This document shows, piece after piece, positions 29,483-42,001 of a DNA stretch of 64,000 bases. This stretch comes from Omnitrophica bacterium RIFCSPLOWO2_12_FULL_50_11 (GTDB lineage: Bacteria > Omnitrophota > Omnitrophia > Omnitrophales > Danuiimicrobiaceae). The DNA is taken from positions 4,600-68,599 of the forward strand of contig MHFT01000050.1 of the NCBI GenBank assembly GCA_001804315.1. The letters are read 5' to 3'. Position 1 is the first letter of the stretch, and each line of letters begins with the position of its first letter. Position numbers and translations under genes: made by a program. The notes under the pieces are model-generated. The model was given only the letters and a program-made list of their open reading frames with translations. It did not search any database and was not told where the DNA came from.

Positions 29483-29929
29483 ATGTCAGCTTCGAAACGT
29501 TCTAGATCATTGGGTTTAAACATAACGGGGCCGGTTCAAAGAACATTTATTTTGCTTGAATTCATTCTGCTCATGTTAACAATGATTTATCTCTTGTATC
29601 TTATATTTACAACAATTGAGAGCGTCGCAGGGCCCGTAGATACGGCGAAACCCTTCGTTCTCGAGGACGTACTTGACCGAATTAATTTTTTACTTCTGAC
29701 ACGAATTTCGGTTTTATTTCTGGTTGTGTTTGTCGTCAATGTGCTTTTAGGTCTTTTTTATTTACATCGGTTGACCGGACCGCTTGTCAGAATTACGGCG
29801 GTGTTAACTCAGATTGCTCACGGGAAGGTTCCGACACGGGCAGTCACGTTAAGGAGAGGTGATTTTCCAACCGATGTGAGCGACGCGCTCTCAAAGGCGC
29901 TAGAGCGGATTCGCCAGTGGCAGCGGTAA
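29483..29929 (+). CDS. Paralogous 2-TM HAMP-like membrane protein
   Basis: HRLTGPL...RRGDF. Confidence 0.7.
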   Translation: MSASKRSRSLGLNITGPVQRTFILLEFILLMLTMIYLLYLIFTTIESVAGPVDTAKPFVLEDVLDRINFLLLTRISVLFLVVFVVNVLLGLFYLHRLTGPLVRITAVLTQIAHGKVPTRAVTLRRGDFPTDVSDALSKALERIRQWQR

Positions 29930-29933
29930 AAGA

Positions 29934-30011
29934 GGCGTGGCTTCCGAGTTTCCGACCCCTTTATCCGGACGGATCTTGCGACGTCTTGGCTTGCGGTGAC
30001 CCTTTCACGCC
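29934..30011 (-). ncRNA. Candidate orphan structured RNA
   Basis: GGCGUG/CACGCC closing stem; GCAA- and GAAA-rich loops on the minus strand; followed by UCUUUU. Confidence 0.35.
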
Positions 30012-30071
30012 GTAACCAGAAATAGCTTCTAGGGATTTTTGGACGCCCCACTTTACAGGCGAGTCTTCTGG

Positions 30072-31169
30072 ATGAGAAAATGGGCGATCGTGTTAGGGCT
30101 GATTCTTATGGTTTTGGCGTCTCAGAGCTCACGGGCCGAGGTTGAGGAAGAGCACAGAATGAAACAGGAAGAGGCGATTTTGGCGGGGGGTTGTTTCTGG
30201 TGCATCGAATCCGCTTTGGAACATGTACCGGGCGTTGTCGAGGTGATGTCGGGCTATACGGGCGGCAGTCAAGCCGATCCGACTTATGAAGAAGTGTCTG
30301 CAAAGCAGACAGGGCATTACGAGGCCGTAAAAGTGATTTTCGATCCTTCCAGGTTGAGTTACAAAGAAGTGCTCGATCAATTCTGGCGGAATATCAATCC
30401 CACGGACGAGGGAGGCCAATTCTCGGACCGCGGCCCCCAGTATCGGACCGCCATTTTCTATTTAAATGAAGAGCAGAGAAAGATCGCGGACGCCTCCAAG
30501 TCTAAAATGGAGGTATCCGGAACGTACGACAAACCCATTGTGACACCGATCCTCAAGGCCGGACCGTTTTATCGTGCCGAGGACTACCATCAGGACTACT
30601 ATCGGAAAAACCCCTTGCACTACAGACTTTACCGGTGGGGTTCTGGACGAGATCAGTATCTCAACAAAATATGGGAAGTGGCGAAAGCAAATCCATCAGT
30701 GAAAGGCGGCAACGCAATGGCGACGAAAAAATACGGAGGGCGCACGGATTCCGAGCTTAAGAAAAGATTGACACCGCTTCAATACAATGTGACACAAAAG
30801 GGCAGGACTGAAGCGCCATTTGCAAACGAGTATTGGAACAATAAAAAAGAAGGGATTTACGTGGATATTGTTTCGGGCGAGCCGCTTTTCAGCTCCACGG
30901 ACAAATTCGATTCGGGTACGGGTTGGCCAAGTTTCACAAAGCTCTTGGTTCCCGAAAATATCGTGGAAAAGGAAGACCGAAAGTTTTGGATGGTCCGCAC
31001 TGAGGTCCGAAGCAAGCACGGCGATTCCCACTTGGGGCATGTCTTCGACGACAGGCCTCGCCCGACCGGGCTCCGCTACTGCATCAATTCTGCCGCATTA
31101 AAATTTATCCCTAAGGAAGACCTTGCCAAGGAAGGCTACGGGGAGCACCTGAAGCTTTTCGAGGCGTAG
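30072..31169 (+). CDS. msrAB: Exported bifunctional methionine sulfoxide reductase MsrA/MsrB
   Basis: Signal peptide; GCFWC, AEDYHQ (MsrA); GWPSF, HLGHVF, RYCINS (MsrB). Confidence 0.94.
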   Translation: MRKWAIVLGLILMVLASQSSRAEVEEEHRMKQEEAILAGGCFWCIESALEHVPGVVEVMSGYTGGSQADPTYEEVSAKQTGHYEAVKVIFDPSRLSYKEVLDQFWRNINPTDEGGQFSDRGPQYRTAIFYLNEEQRKIADASKSKMEVSGTYDKPIVTPILKAGPFYRAEDYHQDYYRKNPLHYRLYRWGSGRDQYLNKIWEVAKANPSVKGGNAMATKKYGGRTDSELKKRLTPLQYNVTQKGRTEAPFANEYWNNKKEGIYVDIVSGEPLFSSTDKFDSGTGWPSFTKLLVPENIVEKEDRKFWMVRTEVRSKHGDSHLGHVFDDRPRPTGLRYCINSAALKFIPKEDLAKEGYGEHLKLFEA

Positions 31170-31303
31170 TGGTTTTGCTTGCTCCTTGTTCTATGAAACG
31201 ATATGGGGAATCTGATATTCCTAGCCGGTCAGAGAACTGCTGCAAATAGTTTTTTTTTCTCGGTTGATTTTTTTGGAAAAATAGCAGCATTACTTTCCCT
31301 GAA

Positions 31304-31330
31304 TTAGCAGCCCTTAGTCCTGAGTGCTAA
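31304..31330 (+). promoter_or_regulatory. CIRCE element 1 (HrcA operator)
   Basis: TTAGCAGCC-N9-GAGTGCTAA. Confidence 0.85.
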
Positions 31331-31356
31331 TCATTTTTTAGAGGTAATTTTTTCAG

Positions 31357-31384
31357 TTGACTCTTTTTCGAAACATGGTATCAT
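31357..31384 (+). promoter_or_regulatory. Sigma70-type promoter of groEL
   Basis: TTGACT-N16-TATCAT with TGn extension, between the two CIRCEs. Confidence 0.7.
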
Positions 31385-31394
31385 CACACCTTCG

Positions 31395-31421
31395 TTAGCA
31401 CTCTGATCGGTCGAGTGCCAA
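31395..31421 (+). promoter_or_regulatory. CIRCE element 2
   Basis: TTAGCACTC-N9-GAGTGCCAA. Confidence 0.9.
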
Positions 31422-31507
31422 AGTAGAGGAAGTCCAGTTCGTCTGGATTTTGCCGGAATGTAGTTGCTGTTATGACTCAGCATTTGTTGCTTCAATAGTC
31501 AAACTAA

Positions 31508-33151
<1,644 letters not shown>

Positions 33152-33280
33152 TATTGAAGAATCGAGAATAAAAAAGCACAAGGCAGTAGCGCGGTAAGCA
33201 GCACACATAAGATCGGTTTCATTGCATGTGGCCGACTGCCTGGTGCCGAGAGTTATACTGACATTAGGAGGGTAGACGAA

Positions 33281-33568
33281 ATGAGCATTAAACCGTTGGG
33301 CGACCGAGTACTGGTTGAGGTTCTGGAAGCGGAAGAGAAGACAAAGGGAGGGATTATTCTTCCAGATACCGCAAAGGAAGAAAAAACAGAGGGAAAGATC
33401 GTTTCGATTGGACTTGGAAAAGTACTGGAATCGGGTAAGAGGCAGCCAATCGACGTGAAAAAAGGCGACCGCATCATTTTTGGAAAATATCACGGAGACG
33501 AAATCTTGATTGACGGTAAAAAGCATAAGGTCCTCAAAGAAGAAGATATCCTCGCCGTTTACGGATAA
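33281..33568 (+). CDS. groS: Co-chaperonin GroES
   Basis: KPLGDRV, GGIILPDTAKE. Confidence 0.97.
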   Translation: MSIKPLGDRVLVEVLEAEEKTKGGIILPDTAKEEKTEGKIVSIGLGKVLESGKRQPIDVKKGDRIIFGKYHGDEILIDGKKHKVLKEEDILAVYG

Positions 33569-33599
33569 ACCGATTTAACAAAACCCACCCACCACTTTC

Positions 33600-33637
33600 C
33601 TTACAGCGGCTCGTAAGCGACGCTGAGCCGCTGTAAG
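33600..33637. repeat. 13-bp inverted repeat after groES
   Basis: cttacagcggctc/gagccgctgtaag, no U-tract; preceded by a half CCCACCAC motif. Confidence 0.55.
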
Positions 33638-33791
33638 AGGAAGCATCGTACGACGGGTGCCACGCAGATTTTCCTAATTTCCGTTTGACAACGTTGGCAT
33701 AATCCTATTAGATATAAACCACATTAATCTTCCTGCCGGTATGTTTTATCCTTTATGAGCGGTTGATCACATAGAGGGAGGGCTTTTTTCA

Positions 33792-34952
33792 ATGGGCGAG
33801 TGGATCGGTCGAGACCGTAAAGCGAGGCGGTGTTATGGATTTGATGAAGTCGCACTTGTTCCCGGGACCGTGACGATTAACCCCGCCGAGGTGGAGATCG
33901 GCTGGGAATTGAATGGCGAACGGTTTCCAATCCCGTTCATAGCATCGGCTATGGATGGCGTTGTGGATCCAAATTTTGCGGTGACGATGGGGAAGCTGGG
34001 CGGTATTGCGGTGCTCAATCTAGAAGGTATTTATACGCGTTATGACGATTACGATTCCATTTTAGCGGACATCGCAAAAGCGTCGCCGGAGAAAGCAACG
34101 ACGCTGGTTCAAAAACTTTACACACAGCCGATTAAGGAAAAGCTGATTTCGAAGCGCATCCGGGAAATTAAAAAAGGTGGAGTGCGTGCTGCGGTGAGTG
34201 CGATTCCCCAGCGTGCCGAGAAGTTCGGGCACATTGCGCAAGAAGCAGGATGCGATATTTTTGTGGTTCAATCTACGGTCACCACGGTCCGGCATATTTC
34301 AAAGGCGTATCAGGTGGTTGATCTCAAGAAATTCTGCAGACAAATCAAGATTCCCGTTATTGTGGGCAATTGCGTGACCTATCAAGTGGCCCTGGAACTG
34401 ATGGATACGGGTGCGCGTGCTTTGCTGATTGGCATTGGGCCAGGTTCTGCCTGCACGACACGCGGCGTTCTTGGATTGGGGGTCCCACAAGTCACCGCAA
34501 TTTGTGATTCCATGGCTGCCCGTGATTTTTATTTTAAAAGGACGAAGCGCTACGTTCCAATTATTGCGGACGGAGGGATGTCGACGGGAGGCGACGTTTG
34601 CAAAGCGTTCGCCTGTGGAGCGGATGCGGTGATGATCGGTTCTGCCTTTGCGCGCGCAAGAGAAGCGCCGGGACGTGGTTATCATTGGGGAATGGCGACG
34701 CCCCATGCAAACCTACCGCGCGGGACGAGGATCAAAGTCGGGACCACCGGATCCCTTGAAGAAATTTTGTTTGGGCCCGCGCGCCATGACGATGGAAGCG
34801 AAAATTTGGTGGGGGCACTCAAAACCTGTATGGGCAGTGCGGGCGCACGAACGATTAAGGAATTTCACTTTAGCGAGATTATTATCGCGCCCGCCATTAA
34901 GACCGAAGGGAAACTTTTCCAAGCTGCTCAAAAAGTGGGCATGATGAAATGA
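33792..34952 (+). CDS. guaB: IMP dehydrogenase-related protein (GuaB3 type, no CBS domain)
   Basis: [21 protein letters not shown]; next to guaA. Confidence 0.88.
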   Translation: MGEWIGRDRKARRCYGFDEVALVPGTVTINPAEVEIGWELNGERFPIPFIASAMDGVVDPNFAVTMGKLGGIAVLNLEGIYTRYDDYDSILADIAKASPEKATTLVQKLYTQPIKEKLISKRIREIKKGGVRAAVSAIPQRAEKFGHIAQEAGCDIFVVQSTVTTVRHISKAYQVVDLKKFCRQIKIPVIVGNCVTYQVALELMDTGARALLIGIGPGSACTTRGVLGLGVPQVTAICDSMAARDFYFKRTKRYVPIIADGGMSTGGDVCKAFACGADAVMIGSAFARAREAPGRGYHWGMATPHANLPRGTRIKVGTTGSLEEILFGPARHDDGSENLVGALKTCMGSAGARTIKEFHFSEIIIAPAIKTEGKLFQAAQKVGMMK

Positions 34953-35051
34953 CTTTTCACCCTTCTTTCCAAGTAAAGAGGGGTGAAAAGTCATTGCATG
35001 GATCGCATCCTCGCAATGACGGCTGCGGTGGGCTTCTCCCTCGGAATGACG
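34949..35051. repeat. Hairpin plus degenerate CGTC-type repeats
   Basis: atgacttttcaccc/gggtgaaaagtcat; ctcgcaatgacg, ctcggaatgacg. Confidence 0.6.
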
Positions 35052-35097
35052 GTGCAGTGCAAGGCCGTCGGCTACCGTTTGGCATGCTGGCCTCGCC

Positions 35098-36648
35098 ATG
35101 ACAAACGCTAAAACAGACACGATCGTCATACTCGATTTTGGTTCTCAATACACACAGCTGATCGCAAGACGCGTGCGGGAGCAGAACATTTTTTCTCTCA
35201 TTCACCCGTACTCCATTTCGCTCGGAGAGATCCGTAAGGTCGAGCCCAAAGGCATTATACTTTCCGGTTCACCCTGTAATGTTTATCAAAAGAATGCACC
35301 CATCCCGGATCCTGGCATCTTTTCTCTCGGCGTTCCGATCCTCGGCATCTGTTACGGTCTCCAGTTGATCGGACATTTGTTTCAGGGGACGGTGAAGAAC
35401 GTAAAAAAACGTGAGTATGGGCCTGCTTGCCTCAAGGTGGACCGTAATGAAGACTTATTCCACGGCCTTCCCAAGGAAATCGACTGCTGGATGAGTCACG
35501 GTGATCAGGTGATCAAGTTAGGCAAGGACTTTGACCGGATCGCGCATACGCGCACATCTCCAATCGCAGGTTTTCGAGACACGAAACGCCGGATCTATGG
35601 CGTTCAGTTTCACCCTGAAGTGACACACACGCCTCTTGGCCACAAAATCTTTCATAATTTTCTGTATCGGATTTGCAGGGTTAAAAGAGAATGGACGCCT
35701 CGATCTTTTGTTCGGGAGTCGATTCGATCCATTTGCAAGCAGGTAGGAACCGGCCGGGTCGTACTCGGTTTATCGGGAGGTGTGGACTCCTCTGTGACGG
35801 CCGCATTGCTTCATCGGGCTATTGGGTCGGAGCTCACCTGTATTTTTGTGGATAACGGTCTGCTTCGCTTGGGCGAGCGGGAACGCGTCCGACGGACTTT
35901 TCGCGAGCACTTTAGGATGAAGCTTCGAATCGTCGACGCCTCAAAAGAATTTTTAAAGGCACTGCGTGGTGTCGAAGATCCTGAGCGGAAAAGGAAAATA
36001 ATTGGGAGGACCTTCGTTCGCGTTTTTGAACAGGAAGCAAAAAAACTGGGGCGGGTTTCCTTTCTGGGGCAGGGGACGCTTTATCCGGATGTGATCGAAT
36101 CGGTTTCGTTTCATGGGGGTCCCACTCAAACCATTAAGTCGCATCATAATGTGGGCGGCCTTCCGCGGAAAATGAGGCTCAAACTCATCGAACCGCTTCG
36201 AGAGTTATTTAAAGACGAGGTTCGCCGGATCGGCCGGACCTTGCGTTTGCCAAAGGAAGTGGTCGATCGCCAACCTTTTCCGGGACCAGGACTGGCGGTG
36301 CGAATCTTGGGGTCAGTCACCAAGGAACGTTGCGATTTGCTCAGACAAGCGGATTGGATCGTGATTGACGAAATGAAGAAGGCTGGTCTTTATTACCGAC
36401 TTTGGCAGAGTTTCGCCGTTTTACTCCCCGTAAAAAGCGTTGGGGTGATGGGGGATGAGCGCACGTATGAGCATGTCATTGCCATTCGAGCGGTGACTTC
36501 GCAAGACGCGATGACGGCAGATTGGGCTCGGATCCCAAACGATGTTCTCAGTCGGATCTCGAACCGGATCATGAATGAAGTTCACCGTGTGAACCGCGTC
36601 TGCTACGATATCTCAAGTAAGCCTCCAGCCACGATCGAGTGGGAATAA
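35098..36648 (+). CDS. guaA: GMP synthase (glutamine-hydrolysing)
   Basis: DFGSQYT, GICYG, QFHPE, SGGVDS, KPPATIEWE. Confidence 0.98.
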   Translation: MTNAKTDTIVILDFGSQYTQLIARRVREQNIFSLIHPYSISLGEIRKVEPKGIILSGSPCNVYQKNAPIPDPGIFSLGVPILGICYGLQLIGHLFQGTVKNVKKREYGPACLKVDRNEDLFHGLPKEIDCWMSHGDQVIKLGKDFDRIAHTRTSPIAGFRDTKRRIYGVQFHPEVTHTPLGHKIFHNFLYRICRVKREWTPRSFVRESIRSICKQVGTGRVVLGLSGGVDSSVTAALLHRAIGSELTCIFVDNGLLRLGERERVRRTFREHFRMKLRIVDASKEFLKALRGVEDPERKRKIIGRTFVRVFEQEAKKLGRVSFLGQGTLYPDVIESVSFHGGPTQTIKSHHNVGGLPRKMRLKLIEPLRELFKDEVRRIGRTLRLPKEVVDRQPFPGPGLAVRILGSVTKERCDLLRQADWIVIDEMKKAGLYYRLWQSFAVLLPVKSVGVMGDERTYEHVIAIRAVTSQDAMTADWARIPNDVLSRISNRIMNEVHRVNRVCYDISSKPPATIEWE

Positions 36649-36660
36649 TTTTGCCAGCGT

Positions 36661-36705
36661 CGTCATCCTGAGCCCGCCACGATTTGCGGCGGGCTCAGGA
36701 TGACG
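36661..36705. repeat. CGTC-type palindrome
   Basis: cgtcatcctgagcccgcc...ggcgggctcaggatgacg. Confidence 0.8.
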
Positions 36706-36729
36706 GATGGTTTTGGTGTGGGAATCGCT

Positions 36730-39700
36730 ATGTCGCATGTTGATTTTGCTCATCTTCATTGTCATACGCAATTTTCTCTGCTGGATGCAACTTCAAAGAT
36801 ACCGCAGTTACTTAAACGAGCGGTGGATCTTCATTTTCCCGCGCTCGCCGTCACCGACCACGGCAATTTATTTGGCGCCATTTCTTTTTACGAAGAGGCC
36901 ATGCGGCAAGGAATCAAGCCCATTATCGGTATGGAAGCCTACGTAGCGCCTAAATCACGTTTTGACCGAACAGCTCACGGGATTAAAGAGGCTTCCTTTC
37001 ATCTGACGCTCTTATGCCGAAATGAAGTTGGGTATAAGAATTTGCTCAAACTGACCACTGCAAGTTACCTCGAAGGTTTCTATTATCGGCCTCGAATGGA
37101 TAAAGAGCTCCTTGCCAAACATCGCGAAGGATTGATCGCCCTCTCCGGTTGCTTGAAGGGGGAGGTACCCTACCATACGTGGCACGAACAATTGGACAAA
37201 GCAGAGGAGGCAATACGCGGATATATCGACATATTTGGAACCGAGAACTTTTATCTGGAGCTCATGGACCAAGGAATTGAAGCGCAGCAGAAACTTTTCC
37301 AGCACTATCCGAATTTTGCGCGCGCATTCGGCTTGAAACTCGTCGCGACGAATGATTGCCATTACATTCAACGTACGGATGCCGTGTCCCACGATGCCTT
37401 GATCTGCATCGGAACCGGTTCGCTCATTTCCGACGAAGACCGGATGCGGTACCACGGAGACCAGTTCTATTTAAAATCGGCGGAAGAAATGAAATCTCTG
37501 TTCCAAGGAGTTCCGGGAGCGGTTCGGAACACGATTGAAATCGTGGATCGGTGCAATTTGGAGATGGATTTCACGAAAACGCATCTTCCTATTTTTACGC
37601 CCCCAAATGGAAAAAAACAGGAAGGCTACCTTGAAGAACTGTGTTGCGAGCTGCTCAGAAAAAAAATGGGCGAGCAGATTCCTCAAGGGTATGTGGATCG
37701 GCTCCGCCACGAGCTGTCGGTGATTCGGAAGATGGGTTTTTCAGGTTACTTCTTAGTCGTGTGGGATTTTGTCCGCCATGCGCGCGAAAATTATGTTCCC
37801 GTAGGGCCGGGCCGGGGTTCTGTTGCAGGAAGCCTGGTCGCTTATGTCTTGGGGATTACGAGTTTGGATCCGATTCGACACGGTTTGATTTTCGAACGCT
37901 TCCTCAATCCAGAACGAATTTCGATGCCTGACATTGATATTGATTTTTGTTACGAGCGCCGCGATGAAGTCATCAACTATGTCGGCAAAAAATACGGCGA
38001 AGAAAGTGTAGCGCATATCATTACGTTTGGAACCATGGCAGCACGAGCGGTGATTCGGGATGTTGGACGCGTCATGGGGGTGAGTTATCAGGAAGTAGAT
38101 CAGCTTGCAAAACTGATTCCTGCCGAGTTGGACATGACGATCGATCGGGCGCTGCATATGGAGCCCAGGCTCAGAGATTTGGTAAATTCAGATGAGCGAG
38201 TTCGGAAACTCATCGAGACTTCGAAAGCACTTGAGGGGCTCTCACGTCACGCTTCCACCCATGCCGCAGGAATCGTCATTTCAGAAGGACCGCTCTCCGA
38301 TCATAGCCCGTTGTTTAAGGCCAATGACCAAATCACGACCCAATACGATATGGGAGCGGTTGAGCGCATCGGTCTTCTGAAGATGGATTTTCTCGGTTTG
38401 AAGACACTGACGGTAATAGACAAAGCCGCGAAACTTGTCCAGAGTCGCTGCGATGTTGAGATCGAAATTGAACGCATTCCACTGGATGATCCAGGGACCT
38501 ATCAAATGTTAGGCCGCGGGGAAGCGATTGGGGTGTTTCAGCTGGAAAGTTCGGGCATGCGAGACCTGTTACGGAAGATGAAACCGAGTCGTTTCGGGGA
38601 TCTTGTGGCTTTGCTCGCGCTTTTTCGTCCCGGGCCGATTGGGAGCGGTATGATTGATGATTTCATTCGAAGGATGCACAATCCTGCTTTGATCCAGTAC
38701 GATCACCCGGTTTTGGTACCGATCCTCAAGGAAACGTACGGCATTATTTTGTACCAAGAGCAGGTGATGCAGATTGTTTCAACGCTTGCGGGTTTCAGCA
38801 TGGCGAAAGCCGATTCACTCAGACGAGCGATTGGCAAAAAGATTCCTGAAATTATGGAACGTGAGAAAAAATCGTTCATCGACGGCGCGACGAAGAATCG
38901 AATTGACCCTAAAATCGCTGACCGAATTTGGAATCTAATCGAGTACTTTTCCGGTTACGGCTTTAACAAGAGCCACTCGACGGCGTATGCGTTCATCTCT
39001 TACCAGACTGCCTACTTAAAAGCGAATTATCCAAATGAGTATATGGCTGCCTTGCTCACATCAGAGCAAGACAATACGGACAAGATTGTTCGCTACATCG
39101 AGGAGTGCAAGCGGCTCCGGATTCCAGTGCTCCCGCCCTCCGTGAACGAAAGCTGCTCAGAGTTTGCCTGTGTCGGAGATACGATTCGGTTTGGTTTGAG
39201 CGCGGTAAAAAATGTCGGCCTGGGGTCTGTGGAGTCGATACTAGAAAGCCGCACAACGCAAGGTCGATTCAAGTCCTTACAAGATTTTACCGAGCGTGTC
39301 GATCTTCGGTTGTGTAATCGAAAGGTGCTGGAAAGTTTAATTAAGTGCGGGGCGTTCGATGATTTTGGATTGAAACGAGCGCAACTGATGGCCATGTTGG
39401 ATTCGGTGTTGAATGCGGGCGCAAGAGTCCAACATGATCGACAACGAGGTCAATTGTCCCTTTTGACGCAAATGGGGACAAAGGAGAGCTTTTTTGACAT
39501 TGTTACCTCGATCCCAAATGTTGAAGAGTGGGCTGAGAACGAATTGCTGGGCTATGAGCGGGAAATGCTCGGATTTTATGTGAGCGCGCACCCTCTTGCG
39601 AAGTATGAAAAAGCCCTTCGGACATTTGCGAGTGTGACGTCCGCTGGATTGCGAGATTTACGAGATCAAACGCAGCTGAGCATTGGTGGTGTCGTGAGTT

Positions 39701-40170
39701 CGAGAAAGGAAATTGTGACGAAGCGGGGAGATCGGATGGCCTTTATCGGCCTCGAAGATTTAGACGGTCGTTGCGAGGTGGTCGTATTCCCTGAGTTGTT
39801 CAAATCTTCATCTTCGTTGCTCCAAAAAGATGCGTGCGTATTTGTCCGTGGCAAGGTGAATGGGCGGGAGGACACGCCCAAGGTGATTGCCGAAGAAGTG
39901 ATTCCCCTTGATGAAGTTAAGAGAAAGCAGGTCAGAATGGTTTCCATAGACCTGCTGACCGCTGGGTTGGATTTGCAAACCCTGGAGCAACTGAAGGAGA
40001 TTTTGTCCCAGCATCCTGGAAAAACCCCCGTCCATATTAATTTTAAGGATTCGTCGGGTCGCAAAACCGTCCTCCATCCTGGGGATCGGTTTAGGGTTGA
40101 GACGAGTGAGCCATTGTTCGAAGAATTGGAGCGTCTGGTTGGTTCGGAAGCGGTTAAGATTAGCTGCTAA
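36730..40170 (+). CDS. dnaE: DNA polymerase III alpha subunit
   Basis: PHP HLHCHT, GRGS, PDIDIDF, YGFNKSH, OB fold. Confidence 0.98.
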   Translation: MSHVDFAHLHCHTQFSLLDATSKIPQLLKRAVDLHFPALAVTDHGNLFGAISFYEEAMRQGIKPIIGMEAYVAPKSRFDRTAHGIKEASFHLTLLCRNEVGYKNLLKLTTASYLEGFYYRPRMDKELLAKHREGLIALSGCLKGEVPYHTWHEQLDKAEEAIRGYIDIFGTENFYLELMDQGIEAQQKLFQHYPNFARAFGLKLVATNDCHYIQRTDAVSHDALICIGTGSLISDEDRMRYHGDQFYLKSAEEMKSLFQGVPGAVRNTIEIVDRCNLEMDFTKTHLPIFTPPNGKKQEGYLEELCCELLRKKMGEQIPQGYVDRLRHELSVIRKMGFSGYFLVVWDFVRHARENYVPVGPGRGSVAGSLVAYVLGITSLDPIRHGLIFERFLNPERISMPDIDIDFCYERRDEVINYVGKKYGEESVAHIITFGTMAARAVIRDVGRVMGVSYQEVDQLAKLIPAELDMTIDRALHMEPRLRDLVNSDERVRKLIETSKALEGLSRHASTHAAGIVISEGPLSDHSPLFKANDQITTQYDMGAVERIGLLKMDFLGLKTLTVIDKAAKLVQSRCDVEIEIERIPLDDPGTYQMLGRGEAIGVFQLESSGMRDLLRKMKPSRFGDLVALLALFRPGPIGSGMIDDFIRRMHNPALIQYDHPVLVPILKETYGIILYQEQVMQIVSTLAGFSMAKADSLRRAIGKKIPEIMEREKKSFIDGATKNRIDPKIADRIWNLIEYFSGYGFNKSHSTAYAFISYQTAYLKANYPNEYMAALLTSEQDNTDKIVRYIEECKRLRIPVLPPSVNESCSEFACVGDTIRFGLSAVKNVGLGSVESILESRTTQGRFKSLQDFTERVDLRLCNRKVLESLIKCGAFDDFGLKRAQLMAMLDSVLNAGARVQHDRQRGQLSLLTQMGTKESFFDIVTSIPNVEEWAENELLGYEREMLGFYVSAHPLAKYEKALRTFASVTSAGLRDLRDQTQLSIGGVVSSRKEIVTKRGDRMAFIGLEDLDGRCEVVVFPELFKSSSSLLQKDACVFVRGKVNGREDTPKVIAEEVIPLDEVKRKQVRMVSIDLLTAGLDLQTLEQLKEILSQHPGKTPVHINFKDSSGRKTVLHPGDRFRVETSEPLFEELERLVGSEAVKISC

Positions 40171-40225
40171 TCCCCACCACTTTGAGGAATGTTACGGGGG
40201 ACGCACCTTAAAGTGGTGGGGGGAT
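40170..40225. repeat. CCCCACCAC-family palindrome right after the dnaE stop
   Basis: Near-identical, in reverse orientation, to the RNase P insert at 51272-51327. Confidence 0.9.
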
Positions 40226-40265
40226 CGAACCCGTTTAGTTGAAACGTGTTAGGAAAAAAAATCCA

Positions 40266-40294
40266 TTGACACAGTAGAGGGAATTTGCTATTTT
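40266..40294 (+). promoter_or_regulatory. Sigma70-type promoter for HU/csp
   Basis: TTGACA-N17-TATTTT with TGn extension. Confidence 0.6.
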
Positions 40295-40394
40295 CTTGCG
40301 ACATAAAGACTTAGCGCAACCGGTGTGAGGGGTTGGTTACGGTTCTTTAGCCGTTTCTACGTCAACAGCTTTGGTGGACCGGGAGGTAAGAATA

Positions 40395-40667
40395 ATGACC
40401 AAAAAAGATATCGTCACCAAAGTCTCCAACGAGACCAATCTCACCCAGATAGATGTAAAAAGAATCGTCCAGCGCACCTTGGATTGTGTACTCGAGAGTT
40501 TGGAACGGGGTGAGACAGTCGAGTTGCGCAATTTTGGTGTTTTCAAGGTAAAGACCCGCAAGGGTAGAATTGGCCGGAACCCGAGGACCGGACAAGAAGT
40601 TCAGGTTCCCGAAAAGAAGGTAGTTGTGTTCAAACCGGGACTTGTTCTGAAAAATCAGGTGAAATAA
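40395..40667 (+). CDS. HU/IHF family DNA-binding protein
   Basis: MTKKDI, NFGVF, GRNPRTG, FKPG. Confidence 0.95.
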   Translation: MTKKDIVTKVSNETNLTQIDVKRIVQRTLDCVLESLERGETVELRNFGVFKVKTRKGRIGRNPRTGQEVQVPEKKVVVFKPGLVLKNQVK

Positions 40668-40687
40668 GCTGAAGTGTGGAGGAAGCA

Positions 40688-40918
40688 ATGTCAGTTAGAG
40701 GGAAGGTGAAGTGGTTTTCGAATGTGAAGGGTTATGGTTTTATCGAACAGGAAGGTGGACAAGACGTGTTTGTTCACTATTCCATGGTTCAAGGCCAAGG
40801 GTACAAAACACTGTCCGAAGGTGATGTGGTTACCTTCGATATCGTCCAAGGTGAAAAAGGACCCCAAGCCTCAAATGTCGTAAAGGAAGAGCCAGCAGCA
40901 TCAGATCAAAAAAGCTAA
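40688..40918 (+). CDS. Cold-shock protein
   Basis: GKVKWF, KGYGFI, DVFVHY, KGPQA. Confidence 0.95.
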   Translation: MSVRGKVKWFSNVKGYGFIEQEGGQDVFVHYSMVQGQGYKTLSEGDVVTFDIVQGEKGPQASNVVKEEPAASDQKS

Positions 40919-41007
40919 GCCATCCTTTTTTCACTTAACCATTATTCTTACATCGAAGGTCTCGTAGGCGCAAATTTATATTTGGCCAGTGAGACCTTTG
41001 TTATTTT

Positions 41008-41805
41008 ATGACCAGGAGACTCAAACGGTTTTACGTGTCTTCATCTCTGGAGGCAAGAGACAATCGTCACCAAAGTGGAAAGGAGGCGACCGTCCTTCTC
41101 ACACAGGAGGAGACACATTATCTTAAACGTGTGCTGCGGATGAAACGGGGAGATCGGTGTCTTCTATTTGATCGGAGAGGAAGTGAATTCTTAAGCTGTC
41201 TGGACCGTGTCGATCCCAGTGGAAGGTGTGCAGTCAAGCTGCTTCGACCGATGACGCGTACGCGACGTGAGCGGTTCACACTGTCAGTCGCGCAATCAGT
41301 CCCGCAGCACAGGAAAATGGATGAGATCGTCCGCAAAGCAGCAGAGCTTGGGGTGTTTGAACTGATTCCTATGGTGACCGACCGCACTGTGGTACGAATG
41401 AGCAAGGAGCGCGAAGTTCAGGTGGATCAACGTTGGGACAGGTTGGTGGCCCAGACGCTGCAGCAATCGCGGATCGAAACGTTTCCCCAAATTCGACCGA
41501 TGACATCGTTTCAAACCCTCTGCGCTGAACTCGAGAAGTTCGATCAAGTTTTTCTGTTTCATCCGTCTCCTGAAGCACGTCCCATTCGTGATTTGCTGCG
41601 TCCGCAGGCTGAAGGTGAATGCGGTGACGAGCATCGGTCGGTTCGCATTTTGCTTTTGATCGGGCCGGAAGGCGGGTTTACGGATCGAGAGATTAAGGCA
41701 TCCCAAGCTTGCGGTGCGAAGCTTGTCCGGATGAGCACTGGAATCATGAAATCAGACACTGCGTTTGTTGCGGCAACGAGCTTGATTCGATGTATGTATG
41801 AGTAG
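41008..41805 (+). CDS. rsmE: 16S rRNA m3U1498 methyltransferase
   Basis: HY...VLR, KAAELG, IGPEGG. Confidence 0.9.
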   Translation: MTRRLKRFYVSSSLEARDNRHQSGKEATVLLTQEETHYLKRVLRMKRGDRCLLFDRRGSEFLSCLDRVDPSGRCAVKLLRPMTRTRRERFTLSVAQSVPQHRKMDEIVRKAAELGVFELIPMVTDRTVVRMSKEREVQVDQRWDRLVAQTLQQSRIETFPQIRPMTSFQTLCAELEKFDQVFLFHPSPEARPIRDLLRPQAEGECGDEHRSVRILLLIGPEGGFTDREIKASQACGAKLVRMSTGIMKSDTAFVAATSLIRCMYE

Positions 41806-41808
41806 CAA

Positions 41809-42001
41809 CGTCATGCGAGGCCAACAACCCAAGCAATGGCCGAAGTAATTGCAACTGCACCGTCATTGCGAGGAAGCGAACCAGGCGAAGACGAAGCAAT
41901 CTCAGAACCTAGATTGCTTCGGCATTGCTTTGGGACTCAGCCTCGCAATGACGGATGCGTGATGTCTTCGTCCTTGCCCGGATCGCTTCTTCGCAGTGAC
42001 G
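41809..42001. repeat. Cluster of CGTC-type palindromes over the mtaB 5' end
   Basis: cgtcattgcgagg...cctcgcaatgacg (41861-41953) plus degenerate halves. Confidence 0.8.

Noticed and set aside
33680-33790. Purine riboswitch upstream of guaB
   Set aside because: No UAUAAU...GUUUCUACC...GACUA core; only a weak promoter-like TTGACA
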